From: a virus
Lineage: Duplodnaviria; Caudoviricetes
Reading direction: 5' to 3' (one strand)
Virus record (IMG/VR): IMGVR_UViG_3300032007_000023
Location: 64,001-128,000 of that record
DNA length: 64,000 nucleotides
The position numbers and the translations under genes were made by a program. Shown here piece after piece: positions 1 to 12,100 of the stretch. The notes beneath the pieces were generated by a model that saw only the letters and a program-made list of their open reading frames with translations, ran no database searches and was not told the origin of the DNA. Each line of letters starts with the position of its first letter. The stretch's first letter is position 1.

Positions 1-855
1 ACAATAAGAACAAGAGAATCAGATAAGAAAGAACTCGTAAAGGCTGTAAAGTATGCTGAAAAGCTTGGCTTTATTACAGCTGATCACCCGCGCCATCAGC
101 CCAGTGTAAAAATTGTCACTGGTTCTGATATAAAAGTAATCACGCCTATTCATTTCGAAATAGGTGCTGATCGCCTGGTTGATATGTATCATCAGGTTAA
201 AACACTTGGCCTTACAGGCAGAATCTGTCTTAAGGCTTTAGTTGATGCATGGAGTGCATTAACGAAATCACAGGCAGACGATCTGAGAAATTGCTGCTGG
301 GTTTCCAGTTACTCAGCAACAGATCTGTTGACCTTCTTCTATGGCTGGTGTATCAATCAGATAGAAAAGCAACAGATTCAGATATCGTCACAGATATCAA
401 AGTCCACAGCAAGGAATCTTTGGTATTCCTTAGGCGGTTATAAAGGACTTAAAACATTCTTTGCCGATGGACTGGAAATAACTTTAGTAGAATTCAGGCG
501 CATAAGACGTCTTGAAGAAAAGTTAGAAGTTGCAAAGGATATCATCATTGATAATCCTGAGCTCAAAGGTGTTGAAACATACACCGAATTTAACCCATGT
601 CTCACTTGCAAAAACTGCAAGGTGGACAAATACGGATGCAGAATCTGTAAGAATTATCTTATAGATATTCCGGAGACCATGACAGTTAAAGAGGTAAATA
701 AGATTTATCCTTCCGCAGCTGTTATAAATTGCGGTAAATTAAAATCACAGTTTGTATTCCACAATCTTGGCGACTGCCAATTCCGCCAAGAGCGTATTGG
801 CTGCAAGTCCAAGAAGTGTGAAACATCAATAATCAAATATTGTATAAATAATTAA
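1..855 (+). CDS. hypothetical protein, 5'-truncated, Cys-rich C-terminus (possible Zn binding)
   Basis: Frame 1 is open from base 1 into ORF 184..855; contains CLTCKNC and CRIC. Confidence 0.6.
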   Translation, partial: TIRTRESDKKELVKAVKYAEKLGFITADHPRHQPSVKIVTGSDIKVITPIHFEIGADRLVDMYHQVKTLGLTGRICLKALVDAWSALTKSQADDLRNCCWVSSYSATDLLTFFYGWCINQIEKQQIQISSQISKSTARNLWYSLGGYKGLKTFFADGLEITLVEFRRIRRLEEKLEVAKDIIIDNPELKGVETYTEFNPCLTCKNCKVDKYGCRICKNYLIDIPETMTVKEVNKIYPSAAVINCGKLKSQFVFHNLGDCQFRQERIGCKSKKCETSIIKYCINN

Positions 856-956
856 CGAAATGGGATGTACCCAACACGGAGATCACGGACAAGTGGTAGC
901 GTGTTGGGCAGACTATCGTAGGCAAGATAGGTATCAAACATCAGAAAAGAAAAGAA

Positions 957-996
957 GAATTTACGGGGGCGTACAAGCCCCTACGAATTCTTTTTT
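957..996 (+). terminator. intrinsic terminator (GGGGC...GCCCC hairpin plus U tract)
   Basis: gaatttacgggggc-gtacaa-gcccctacgaattc followed by tttttt. Confidence 0.75.
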
Positions 997-1053
997 GTCT
1001 TTTAAAAGGTATCGAACGCTTTCATAAATGCTAATATGAAAGGAGTTGTTTTT

Positions 1054-1245
1054 ATGGCAAGAGATGCTAAACAACCTGTCACTTTTGATCTTACAGATAA
1101 TGATCAAGTTGCATTAGTACCATGGGAGTTCATTGTTGATAAGTTTGATACAATACTCTCTGGTGTAGTTTCAAATCTCGGTTCCATAGAAAGAGATCTC
1201 GGTAGAATAGAAACTAAGATTGATGAATGGATTTCTGAGCAATAA
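1054..1245 (+). CDS. small hypothetical protein with coiled-coil C-terminus
   Basis: ORF 1036..1245; AAGGAG SD favours the ATG at 1054. Confidence 0.6.
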   Translation: MARDAKQPVTFDLTDNDQVALVPWEFIVDKFDTILSGVVSNLGSIERDLGRIETKIDEWISEQ

Positions 1246-1270
1246 ATTTATAAGAAGGAGGTAAATCCAC

Positions 1271-1723
1271 ATGGCTGATCAGATGAATCAGATGGAAGAA
1301 ATATTCCAAAGTTTAAATGATGTTATAACAGCATTGGCAAGACGCGTCAATAGCCTTGCTAATAAAGTTGAACAACTCGAACACGGAGGCGGTGGTGGTG
1401 GAAATGCTACCGTAGAAGACTATGAGAGTGGTAAACTTTATAAAAGAAATACATTACTTGTTGACACAGCTACAGAAACACTGTATCGTGTTTCTTGCCA
1501 AACAGAATATACTTCTGTTTCGGTTGAATCCGATAGAATAGCTGGTAATCTTAAACTCATTGGTTTCGAATCTCAAGTTATTACTATTAACCACGAACCA
1601 TCACAGGCAGAACTCGATATGTTGCCAGAAGATTCACTTGTTGCTATATACTCAACATCTGCAAACAGATATATTCCTGTTATAAATGGAGACAATCCTA
1701 TCCAAGGTGATAATAATGGTTAA
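1271..1723 (+). CDS. tail-associated protein: coiled coil, Gly linker, possible CBM5/12-like module
   Basis: AAGGAGG SD; heptad N-terminus, GGGGGG linker, DYESGKLYKRNTLLV...LYRV pattern. Confidence 0.5.
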   Translation: MADQMNQMEEIFQSLNDVITALARRVNSLANKVEQLEHGGGGGGNATVEDYESGKLYKRNTLLVDTATETLYRVSCQTEYTSVSVESDRIAGNLKLIGFESQVITINHEPSQAELDMLPEDSLVAIYSTSANRYIPVINGDNPIQGDNNG

Positions 1724-1754
1724 TCTTATTTTTTGTAAAGAGGAGGTGATATAG

Positions 1755-4700
1755 ATGAGTGATATCTACGTTTACAAAGGAAAACTTTGGAAACCCGCAT
1801 TCACATTTAACTACACTGGATCACCACAAAAGATCACATTGGAACCAGGAGAATATCTTTTTGTGTGTAATGGTGCCAATGGCGGACTGTGTGCTGATTC
1901 TCCTTATGTAAATGAAGCACCCCATGGTGGAACATCATATGGTATTCTTGATCTTAAGAAGACATCAGATTTCTATGCCGTTGTCGGCGGAAATGGTGGT
2001 GACGGTTCAAAACTATCAGTTGGTACCGGTGGATATAATGGAGGTGCAAACGGTGGTGAAGGATATACTGGGTATTCTCATGGTGCTGGTGGTGGTGGCG
2101 CTACTGATATAAGACTCATTAATCCAAATGAAGCAGAGCCTGCTTCTGTTGTGTTAAAAAGATATGGGGTTCCTGATGAATATCAACCAGTTGAATATAT
2201 CGAATCATCGTACACGGGTCATCAATGGATAGATACACAATATATCCATGCAGCAAATACAAAAATCAAATTTGATATATTTACTACATTAGCCGGAGAT
2301 CATTATGATTTTGAGACACCTTTTGGTGCTCGAAATAATAGTGTGAGTTATAATGCATATTATATGTTTACGACGAACGTTGGTCAAAAACAAGTTGTTT
2401 ATGGAAGAACTGGTCAAGAAGCAATTAACAACGAATTTCCTTATGATGAGAAAATTCATGTAGAAGTATATCTCGCTGACATGAATATATATGACGAAAC
2501 CGGGACAACATTACGTACCACTATACACAATACTGGCACAATAAACAATGGTGTATGTAGTATGACATTATTCAATCTGAATATTGCTAATAGTAAAAAA
2601 ACATCTCTTTATGGTAACCAAACAGGATTCGTTGGTAAAATGTATAATTTCGGTATATATGAAGATGACGAACTCAAACATTATTTTGTTCCTGTGAGAA
2701 GGAAATCAGAAACATACGAATTCGATCTTGATATAACAGATATCGAACAAGGTACTGTCAGTAGTTCTGGTGATGACAGTTCATCAACCCGAATCAGAAC
2801 AAAGAGTTTTTACAGGGCTGATTGTTTTAAGGGTACACTCACATATGAAGCGTATGATATAAATGATAATCCACTTCAGTTATGTATTTCTGAATATAAC
2901 ATAGCAGACAAATCATCATCATATTTGATTGAGGATGGAGATTGGATTTCTGCGGGGTCATCTTATACATTCACAAGTCAATATACATCATACATCAGAT
3001 TTATATTTAAATACCCATCAGGTTCGTCTTTGAATCCATCCAAAATCAAATCATGTCATATAACAATATCAGATTGCCATTATGGAATGTTTGATGTAAT
3101 AGATCAATCATTCCATGCTAATAAATCTATGACCGAAAATTTCACATGTGGTGAAGATATAGAATTTGAAGATATCGTTGAGACAATAGAAACAGACACA
3201 TCCACATTATCCAGAATAATCGTTGCTGGTGGTGCTGGAGGTACTGCGGCACAAAAAGGACAGGATGTCGGTATTCCATCATATTTTGGTATAGGCGGTG
3301 GAGCCGTAGGCGGTGCTGTTGCATCCAATGCACAAGATACCAACAATGCAAAATATGCAGACCAAATATCTGGATATAAATTCGGTTCTGGTATGGTACC
3401 TGTCCCCAAAACAGAAATCCGAAACTGGGGTGCTGAAGGCGCCGGTGGTGGAGGAGGAGGCTGGTACGGTGGATATGCATCAGCCGCATCTGTCATGGAA
3501 AATTCTTGTTGTAATGGCGGTGGTGGTTCTGGATATGTTTTAACAGAAGAATCATATAAGCCTGAATGGTATGAAGAATATATCAGTAATGAATATTATT
3601 TTACATATCCATGTATGACAGGAGGTACTTCTGACAACCCATCAGTTATAATATGCAAACGAAGAAGCAGTTACAATACCGGAGATAAACTCATTTTCCC
3701 GTGTATCGGTGATTATGAACAATGCACCCTTGACATCGGTAATTATCTGATAAAATGTTGGGGTGGTGATGGTGGTCCTCGATATGCTATATCATCAACA
3801 CCTCGTGGTGGATATGCTGAAGGAAGATTAAGTTTAAAAGAACCGACACAAATATTTGTGAATGTCGGTGGTTCTGGAATAAGATCCACTTTCGATTACC
3901 AAAGTTCTTTAATGTGTACACCATCTCTTATTTTTAATGGCGGTGGTCCTGCACCGGAGTTAAACGACATAAGATCGTCCTTTGGTGGAGGTGGTACTGA
4001 TGTAAGATTATTACAAAATACCTTTTATCATCGTTTAATTGTTGCCGGTGGAGCTGGAGGACATGGTGCTGGAGAAACCGCCAATAATAGTTTCGGTGGA
4101 GCAGGTGGTGGTCTCTCGGGTGGTAATGGAGCAGGATCATACGGTAGTGTTCCAGGACCAGGAACACAAACATCATCACCACAAGGATCTGACGTTGGTG
4201 GCGGTTTCGGTTATGGAGGAACTGGATCAACACGAGGCGGTGCTGGTTTTGGTGGATCAGGTGGCGGAGGCTGGTATGGTGGTTCTGGCTGTTATCCTGA
4301 CAAATATACTGATGATGACCGTGGTGGTGCAGGTGGTTCTGGATATGTTTTAACAGAAGATTCATATAAACCCGACGGATATATGTTAGGTGAAAAGTAT
4401 TACCTGACAGACACGTTACTTGTTACGGGAGACACATCACATCGTTATGGACAATCCAAGGTAGAAATCATCGTTGAAGAAGTGCATAACCAAAAGATGT
4501 TGTGTTATGATGAGGAAGGTACTAAGACTTTTAATACAGAAACACAATCTTGGGAATTCATTTCAAATACACCACCAACTAGTGATGATTTAAATACATA
4601 CGGTGTTTATCTTGTTAATTCCGATGAAGGATTATTGGATAATTATTCAATATATATTTATGATACCGGAGGTAGTGGTATCAACGATTGTTCCTTTAAT

Positions 4701-6257
4701 GTAATACCTACAAAACAGACTATACTTGTTGATGAAAAAACAAATAATTTTGTTACGGATTTAATATTAGACGGTGATGTTGATGAAGAAACTGTTGATA
4801 TATCATTGACAAGTACACGTAAATATATCGATAATGAATCATATGTTGAATTGATAATGAATGTGGATATCAAGGATATTCCAAAGATAGACACAAAAAT
4901 CTATGCTGTATACGCATTCACCAAAGGTATTATGAATCACGATCCTACACCACATCCTAAGCCAAAGACTCTGGAACATATAGATCTATTGTCTGTTGGT
5001 ATTGGTAATAGAATGCCATATAGGTATAAATCATATCTGGGTGGATTTATATCTGATGGACAAGAAGCAATAACATCAATAAATTCATCTATTTCATATG
5101 AACACAACAGAAATGTTTATTCTGCAATATTATGTAATGATAAGATAGTTAGGTTTACAAAATTAAATCTTCTAACGAACACATCAACTATCATACGTGA
5201 TGTTTCCAAGGCTGTCTTAGGAAATGCATATTACGGTGGATTTGTTGTTGATGATAATTTCATGTATTTAACATCTTCTAATGAAGATAATAGAATATGG
5301 AAAATACCGTTAGATCCAACTGACCAGAATATCGAAACTATTGCAACACCCGACTCTAATAAAGCTATAGTATGTTATGGAAAAATAGATTGGTATGACG
5401 ATCACACAATTGTTATGTGTCACCGTCGTAGAGGTATATGGTTATATGATACAATTAAAAATAAATGGACCGAAAAACCTCAGGGAGAAAATACAAATGA
5501 TATTCGTGGCGATTTCGCAATTGGTGATAAATATCTAATATCAACATATTATGATTCATCGAAGTCTGTATGGATTGTTGATGTCGAAAATAATCAATGG
5601 TATGATATGACAAAAACATATTATACATTTCCAAACAATGAAATCAAGATTGTTTGTTATGGTGATGGCAAATTTTATTTTGCACAAAAGTCATACATAT
5701 ATGTCATGGATGAAGAAAATATCAAGAATCATTTGGAATCTGGTGTTGAAGTAAATGTAAAACGAATAGCGGCATCATACGGATCATCAATACCCAGGAC
5801 AATAAGCTATGTCAATGGATTATTGTATATAACATTGAGGAGTTCCAATCTGTTATATATCTATGATATTAAAACAGATACCTTTAGATCCACACTACTG
5901 GAGTTCACACAATTATGGGACTATCCATATCGTGCGGGTTATCATATACCAACAACGGTTGATGGCGGCTATTTCTTTATTGCCGATTTACGATTATTCG
6001 TAATAAATCTCGGTGACTATGCAAAATATAACATGGGATACAAATTTAATCAAATTCAATATATAATGAATATTGATAATATCGATAAATTTACATACGA
6101 TGATAGATTTGTTTCATTCCATGATTCATATATTTTGATTCATGCTGGAGATATTATCAAACCGGCAATTAGAATTGACGAAAATGTATACCGTGTTGAT
6201 ATTAGTAAAACCGAGTATAACAAACTCATTAGTTTTACTACAAACATTAGTGATTAA
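1755..6257 (+). CDS. tail fibre / receptor-binding protein: two glycine-rich domains, LamG-like insert, C-terminal beta-propeller-like region
   Basis: AGGAGGTG SD; duplicated GGGxTDxRL...RxIVAGGAGG...GGGGWYGG...GGxGSGYVLTExSYKP; YQPVEYIESS..QWIDT motif; aromatic beta-rich C-terminus. Confidence 0.75.
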   Translation: MSDIYVYKGKLWKPAFTFNYTGSPQKITLEPGEYLFVCNGANGGLCADSPYVNEAPHGGTSYGILDLKKTSDFYAVVGGNGGDGSKLSVGTGGYNGGANGGEGYTGYSHGAGGGGATDIRLINPNEAEPASVVLKRYGVPDEYQPVEYIESSYTGHQWIDTQYIHAANTKIKFDIFTTLAGDHYDFETPFGARNNSVSYNAYYMFTTNVGQKQVVYGRTGQEAINNEFPYDEKIHVEVYLADMNIYDETGTTLRTTIHNTGTINNGVCSMTLFNLNIANSKKTSLYGNQTGFVGKMYNFGIYEDDELKHYFVPVRRKSETYEFDLDITDIEQGTVSSSGDDSSSTRIRTKSFYRADCFKGTLTYEAYDINDNPLQLCISEYNIADKSSSYLIEDGDWISAGSSYTFTSQYTSYIRFIFKYPSGSSLNPSKIKSCHITISDCHYGMFDVIDQSFHANKSMTENFTCGEDIEFEDIVETIETDTSTLSRIIVAGGAGGTAAQKGQDVGIPSYFGIGGGAVGGAVASNAQDTNNAKYADQISGYKFGSGMVPVPKTEIRNWGAEGAGGGGGGWYGGYASAASVMENSCCNGGGGSGYVLTEESYKPEWYEEYISNEYYFTYPCMTGGTSDNPSVIICKRRSSYNTGDKLIFPCIGDYEQCTLDIGNYLIKCWGGDGGPRYAISSTPRGGYAEGRLSLKEPTQIFVNVGGSGIRSTFDYQSSLMCTPSLIFNGGGPAPELNDIRSSFGGGGTDVRLLQNTFYHRLIVAGGAGGHGAGETANNSFGGAGGGLSGGNGAGSYGSVPGPGTQTSSPQGSDVGGGFGYGGTGSTRGGAGFGGSGGGGWYGGSGCYPDKYTDDDRGGAGGSGYVLTEDSYKPDGYMLGEKYYLTDTLLVTGDTSHRYGQSKVEIIVEEVHNQKMLCYDEEGTKTFNTETQSWEFISNTPPTSDDLNTYGVYLVNSDEGLLDNYSIYIYDTGGSGINDCSFNVIPTKQTILVDEKTNNFVTDLILDGDVDEETVDISLTSTRKYIDNESYVELIMNVDIKDIPKIDTKIYAVYAFTKGIMNHDPTPHPKPKTLEHIDLLSVGIGNRMPYRYKSYLGGFISDGQEAITSINSSISYEHNRNVYSAILCNDKIVRFTKLNLLTNTSTIIRDVSKAVLGNAYYGGFVVDDNFMYLTSSNEDNRIWKIPLDPTDQNIETIATPDSNKAIVCYGKIDWYDDHTIVMCHRRRGIWLYDTIKNKWTEKPQGENTNDIRGDFAIGDKYLISTYYDSSKSVWIVDVENNQWYDMTKTYYTFPNNEIKIVCYGDGKFYFAQKSYIYVMDEENIKNHLESGVEVNVKRIAASYGSSIPRTISYVNGLLYITLRSSNLLYIYDIKTDTFRSTLLEFTQLWDYPYRAGYHIPTTVDGGYFFIADLRLFVINLGDYAKYNMGYKFNQIQYIMNIDNIDKFTYDDRFVSFHDSYILIHAGDIIKPAIRIDENVYRVDISKTEYNKLISFTTNISD

Positions 6258-6282
6258 TAAAACAATAATGGAGGATGATATA

Positions 6283-9090
6283 ATGAGACAGTACGATGAA
6301 ACATTCGAACGTGCAATGAAATTCGTTAAAAATTCTCAAGATATGCATCCGGGTATATCCAATATCTATGTATTTACATCAGTTGATAAAGATGGAAATA
6401 TTGTAGATGAAAAGTATGGAATGAATCTTATGACAAATAATGGATTCAAGGCCATCTATCAGGATAATGAAACATTCGCTGCGTCAGATACAATACATCT
6501 CTATGTCGGATCAGGTGTTAGTACTAATCCGGGAATAAGAGTTGAAGATACAAGTCTTGAAGTTCCCTGTTTTAATGGTCTTGCTGCCACTAATTCAGAT
6601 ACTACAAAAAACTTTTCGTATCCATTGTATTATGCCGTAAGTGATCAACCGAATCAGGGTTTAATAACCCTGATTTCTCGGTTCTTGAAATGTTATTATC
6701 CAGAAAATATAACAGGATTCCCGGACCAGACTCGAATCGACGAGTATGGTATTGGTAAAGCTTGGAATAACATATGGACACATTCTCACACTTATAATCT
6801 TAAGGGAGAACGAGCATCTGTTTTCAAGACACCAAGCACACGTCTTGAGATATCCGTTTATATGTGTCTTTCTATAAATGAAAGCGTGATAGTAAATGGA
6901 TGGGCTAACGATAGATATACAATGATAACTACAAATGCTATCATGTATCATCGTATGTTTGAATCATATCTCAAGACATATAAAAGAGATGATATCGTTT
7001 ATACGAGAAAAACGTATGATTATAATGATGGATATCATAATATCAATAATACAGGCGGTACATATGAAAATTCAACCGTATTACCACCGGTGACATTAAC
7101 AGACGGATCAAATCCAGAATCTGCGTATATAGATGGATTTATATATCAAACTGATGGATTTATTATCGTTGAACCACAATATCTCGATGTACCGGAAAAT
7201 GTTAATTTAACAAACTTCTATTCAAAAACACCATATGAATATTCGGGATTCAGTGATAAGTTTGGAACGTATCCAAGAAATAGTTCCGGTAATGTTGATG
7301 CTTCTTCATATTCAAAAGCACAATGGCCTCCGTTTACACGTTTAAGATCTGCAGCTGCATATTTATTTGATTGGAAGACACAGGAATGGGATAATCCATT
7401 AAGTGTTTATAATCCAAACAATCGAGTTTATTCAGACACTCCGGGTCAGACTAACTGTGGTTTACCGTTAACATATTATGGAAACGGAACATATATCACT
7501 GGATATGTTCATCAGAATATCGATACATCAGATCCAATAGTTGCAATCTTGGGTAATACGATCAGTATCACCTTATATGCAGCAAATAAATACTGGGATA
7601 AGCAAACATGGATACCGATAACAAACAAGAAAAACATTCCTGTCGAAGCAAGGAATTGTCGGTATTGGATAACCGATGACAACACCAGTGCTAACAAACT
7701 CATATTCCAAAGAGAATCTGACGTTTTCCAATTATTGGAAAAAGGTGGCACTACTCCTGCTGATAATGGTTTTGTCACATATGACGGATTTGCAATTGAA
7801 AAGGGTGTTCAGTCTCAATGTGATGGAAACGGTTGGTATATGAAGAATAATAAGCTTTATACGCCAATAAATCAAGCAACATATACAATTGGTAATTCAA
7901 CCGAAACAGAATCATTTACTTATGGAAAATATATAGTAACCTTTAATTCTGTTAATAACAAAATTATCGTTACTGATGTTTCTAATGCAACTACATCTGA
8001 TCCTATACCAGCTCCAACAGAAATAACAATCGATTGGGGTTCTGGTAATAATGTCAATTCATATACCGGTTGTTATATAACAGAAACAGGAACGGGTATA
8101 ATATGCATGCAGTCAATTACATCTGGAGTCGAAGCGTGTGCAATTATTGACATGCGTGATTCATCCGGTGTGACAGTTACTGTTAAACCATGGAAATTAG
8201 CATGTGCTATTTGGGGTACAAATAAACTCGCATATATTCCATCATCAACTCAGGAAATCCATATATATAATATACAGAGCCAGTCTGATGACGGAAGTAC
8301 TATTCCTTTTCCTTCAACAATATCAAATATACCATTCATGTTTGGTCATACCAAATATGTGTGGTTTACAGATGGATCAACATATTCATATTATGTTGAT
8401 ATCACATCCGTTGATAGAACACCGGTTGGTTATGATAATAATATCTTATATACATCTAATCTTCATCAAGTCAAAATCACAAATGTTGATGATGTGTTTA
8501 TTGTATATAAAAAGAATGAAGCCAGTAAAAATAATGTGAAGAATGCTCATTATATAACATTATCAAATCCGGGCCATCCAATATCAATGACCGATTTTGA
8601 ACTCAATGTTGATGATCTGGGTACAAGAATAGATTTCATATTAAGATATGTACAAAAATATTCATCCGGTAATACACAACATGGTGCTCTGGCACTTATC
8701 ATAACGAGACATTATTCATACAGATCATCTGTAGGTGCACAAAATCAAGTTATTGATTTCGGTCAATACTTATCAACAGGCAATGTTGTAAGATGGACTG
8801 ATTTTAGGACTAACGGATCTGGAATAATTCTCTATGGCGAGAATGTAATATGGGACACACATATCAAAAGTCCATTGATAAATTGGCTGCCAATAAAGCT
8901 TGTTGGTACGACCGATACAATAGGTGCTTTAAATAAAATAAAAAGCATTACAAACAAGCAATATATCATATCATACACAAATCGTCCTTCATGGGGAGAT
9001 GGTTCATCTAACTCAAAGGGTATACCTCCTGGAAAACCATTGGCTGTAACTGATGGAACGGGCGATATTATCGGTTGGACAGATTTGTGA
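6283..9090 (+). CDS. tail/baseplate-associated structural protein (paralog of 9117..12149)
   Basis: GGAGG SD before the ATG at 6283 (ORF track starts at 6142); collinear similarity to the next gene. Confidence 0.65.
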   Translation: MRQYDETFERAMKFVKNSQDMHPGISNIYVFTSVDKDGNIVDEKYGMNLMTNNGFKAIYQDNETFAASDTIHLYVGSGVSTNPGIRVEDTSLEVPCFNGLAATNSDTTKNFSYPLYYAVSDQPNQGLITLISRFLKCYYPENITGFPDQTRIDEYGIGKAWNNIWTHSHTYNLKGERASVFKTPSTRLEISVYMCLSINESVIVNGWANDRYTMITTNAIMYHRMFESYLKTYKRDDIVYTRKTYDYNDGYHNINNTGGTYENSTVLPPVTLTDGSNPESAYIDGFIYQTDGFIIVEPQYLDVPENVNLTNFYSKTPYEYSGFSDKFGTYPRNSSGNVDASSYSKAQWPPFTRLRSAAAYLFDWKTQEWDNPLSVYNPNNRVYSDTPGQTNCGLPLTYYGNGTYITGYVHQNIDTSDPIVAILGNTISITLYAANKYWDKQTWIPITNKKNIPVEARNCRYWITDDNTSANKLIFQRESDVFQLLEKGGTTPADNGFVTYDGFAIEKGVQSQCDGNGWYMKNNKLYTPINQATYTIGNSTETESFTYGKYIVTFNSVNNKIIVTDVSNATTSDPIPAPTEITIDWGSGNNVNSYTGCYITETGTGIICMQSITSGVEACAIIDMRDSSGVTVTVKPWKLACAIWGTNKLAYIPSSTQEIHIYNIQSQSDDGSTIPFPSTISNIPFMFGHTKYVWFTDGSTYSYYVDITSVDRTPVGYDNNILYTSNLHQVKITNVDDVFIVYKKNEASKNNVKNAHYITLSNPGHPISMTDFELNVDDLGTRIDFILRYVQKYSSGNTQHGALALIITRHYSYRSSVGAQNQVIDFGQYLSTGNVVRWTDFRTNGSGIILYGENVIWDTHIKSPLINWLPIKLVGTTDTIGALNKIKSITNKQYIISYTNRPSWGDGSSNSKGIPPGKPLAVTDGTGDIIGWTDL

Positions 9091-9116
9091 TAATGAAAAT
9101 GTAAGAGGTGATATAA

Positions 9117-12100
9117 ATGAATGAATATCCAAAAATATTAGAAACATTCAAAAAGAATTGTCCTACTGCAAAATTTTCAAATCTGTATGTATGTGAATCA
9201 GTTGATATGGATGGCAATGTTATTGAAACAAAAATTGGTAAAAACATTGTCACAAATTATGGTTTACCAACTGCTGTTGATGGTATTATATATAGCAACA
9301 CACATATGGCTCTTGGCAATGGATATGCTATATCTGATCCTGATAACATTGATCCTTCTGAATCAGCATTAAAAGCATATTTTTCCGACCTCGGTTTTAG
9401 TTCTAATCATAGAGATAAAAGTGTGACTACATATCCAATCGAATATGATTCACAGACACATCTGATGACACAATCAGTTCGTGGCGGTTCTTATATGTGG
9501 GATTATACAGCAGGTAATAATGGGACATATGAAGCAACTGAATTTGGCATAAACTATTATGAGACATATAATAATAAAAATATGCTGGTTCATGCAAGAG
9601 TCTATGATGAAAATGGTAACCTTTCGAGTATAACAAAAAGACCAAATACTCGTTTATATATTACTTCCTTTTTCACATATGCTGTTAATATTGATTTAAT
9701 AAATCAATTATATCAACAGAAAATATATTTTATGTGTTCACCATTAATTGCTACCAACGATGCAATGGGAAAATCTTATAGTACGATGTATGCAATCCCA
9801 CTTTCTTCTGGCTATATGTATCAGGTCAGTACTCAGGACGCACCAGGTATAACAAAAAACTGGGAACGAATAACAACTGATGACGGTAGGTCATTACTTT
9901 CTCGCACTGTTGATACTGGACAAAGTTATTACTTTAACTCATTATTTTTCGAAAATAACAGATGGTACTGTACGGGATTTTATTATGGTGAAGCCGGTGA
10001 TGTATACCGTTCATATTGGTCGAGTTTTCTAAATGAAACAACTCTTGTTGAAAATAACAGAAGAATTATTTTTTCATATAACGAACTTCCATCAACGGGT
10101 TATGATACTATAAAAAATATAGAATCAAAATTCGTCGCTGTTAATAATTCTCATGAATTTACCCAATCAGGTACTGTTAATCAGACTGAAAATATTTTGT
10201 CATTGAAGTATAATTTTGGATCATGTAATCAAGACGACAGTGATAGAAATTATTATGGTAGAATACCTTGTTCCCAATTTGATATTTCTTCATTAATGAT
10301 GTATAACTATGACACACATGCATGGGATATTCCCGTTGGTCATATTAATGCACCTTTAACAAGATATAATAATTCACATTGGAAATTTGGATTAGAATTA
10401 AAAGTCACATATGGTGGTGTAGCCAAGTATGTGTGTATATTTACGAATCCATATACCCAGTATACTATTACGGGATTCGAAAACACTGGAATTAGTATTG
10501 TTGCAACAGATGAGTATTGGGACACGACAACATGGAATGTTATACCAAATTTAGCAGATATTCCTTCTGAATTGAGAAATAAAAGATATTATATCATAAC
10601 AGATGGTGAACACCAGGCATTGAGACCAAAATACGATATAACAACAAGACCAATACATCGTATAACACCGCCTATCGAACCATATGAAATGACAGCAAAT
10701 GGTTGTCCACTTAACAAAGAACCATCCCAGCTGCATTATGGTAGCATTCAGAGTTCCTCGATAACGAACATACTTTTTAATCCAATATCATCTGATAAAT
10801 ATTCGTATTTCTTTACATCGGCAGATCTTGTTTATTATGATATTGAAAATAAAGAACTGAAGGCATCATATCCCTTGGTATTTGATAATGATACGTACCC
10901 ACATGGTCTATTCAGATACAAGACAGAACAAGAAGATCGAATAATTGCCGCAAAAATTTATCGTTCGTCACCATATTCAAATCCATCAGGTTCAGCCATC
11001 GATAACGGGGCTTCGGTATTAACAAACGAATTTAGAATATGGACAGTTGGTGATTATGATGTTGAACCGACAGCGGTTGATATAAAACTCGAATGGTCCA
11101 TACCATTTACCGACGGAATTAATAACCCAAATATCATATCATTCTCTGATATTGGATACATGTGTATTCAGCGTCATAGTGAAATTAATGAAGGAGCATT
11201 CATTGATGTGTATAATGGTACACAACATATAATTTCATCAAACTGTGATAAGTTGTGGGCATTAAACAGAACATCACATTGTGTATATCAAGACCTTGAT
11301 GCAACAACAGGTACTAATTATGTATTTAATGTATATGACATGGAAACCAAACAGGTCATAGATACATTCTCAATTAATACCGGTGTTACATATACTATAC
11401 ACGGAGTTGTCGGTTGGCGGAATTATATATACATACAAACCGCTGATACCGCACAAAAAATAGTATTCATGTATGATACAATCAAACATGAATTAACAAC
11501 AACAACTCTTGATATGGATAAAAGACTTGATAATGACAAATTCAATCAACAGTATTCCTGGATGACAACAAACATTTATTCTACTGATGATATATTAATT
11601 ATTGGAGGATATAGTAATAAATACAACAACGGTTACATCGGACTTCTTCCTGTAATTAAATATACCGATCCAACACATACAATGGATTTGTCAGAATCTT
11701 ACTATGGCGATGTGTTTAGAAGAACACGAATAGATCAAACGCAAATAAAACGTTGTAAAAATGGACACGCTTTAATTCTACTCAACAGACAACCTGGTTC
11801 ACCTGCCGTAACGCATGTGATTAACCTTGGTGAAGTTTTTGATGAGGGTATAAAACGATATCCATCAGACCAGCTGTATCTACAAACAACGGATGGATAC
11901 AAAGATTGGCCTTGTATAGATGGTTGTGCCATGTTATATAAGGATGGAATAATTCTTGTATCTGCTACAGAGAATTCTGCATTACGAAATAAGATATTCT
12001 ATATACCCATCGAATGTATGTCGACTTTTAAAATCACAGGAACTACGGATAATATTAATGCATATAACAATCCCGTCAGATTTTCTGGGTTGAATATATC

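Noticed and set aside
905-935. Group I intron R/S elements (cagacta...aagatag)
   Set aside because: Spacing is too short, P7 pairing cannot be formed, and no interrupted gene flanks it
3104-4365. Pro/His-rich antisense ORFs
   Set aside because: Shadows of GGT/GGA glycine codons on the opposite strand; the same applies to most short overlapping ORFs in the track
6142-6282. Long overlap between the 1755 and 6142 ORFs as a programmed frameshift
   Set aside because: A good SD and ATG at 6283 explain the downstream gene and match the N-terminus of its paralog; no slippery site evident
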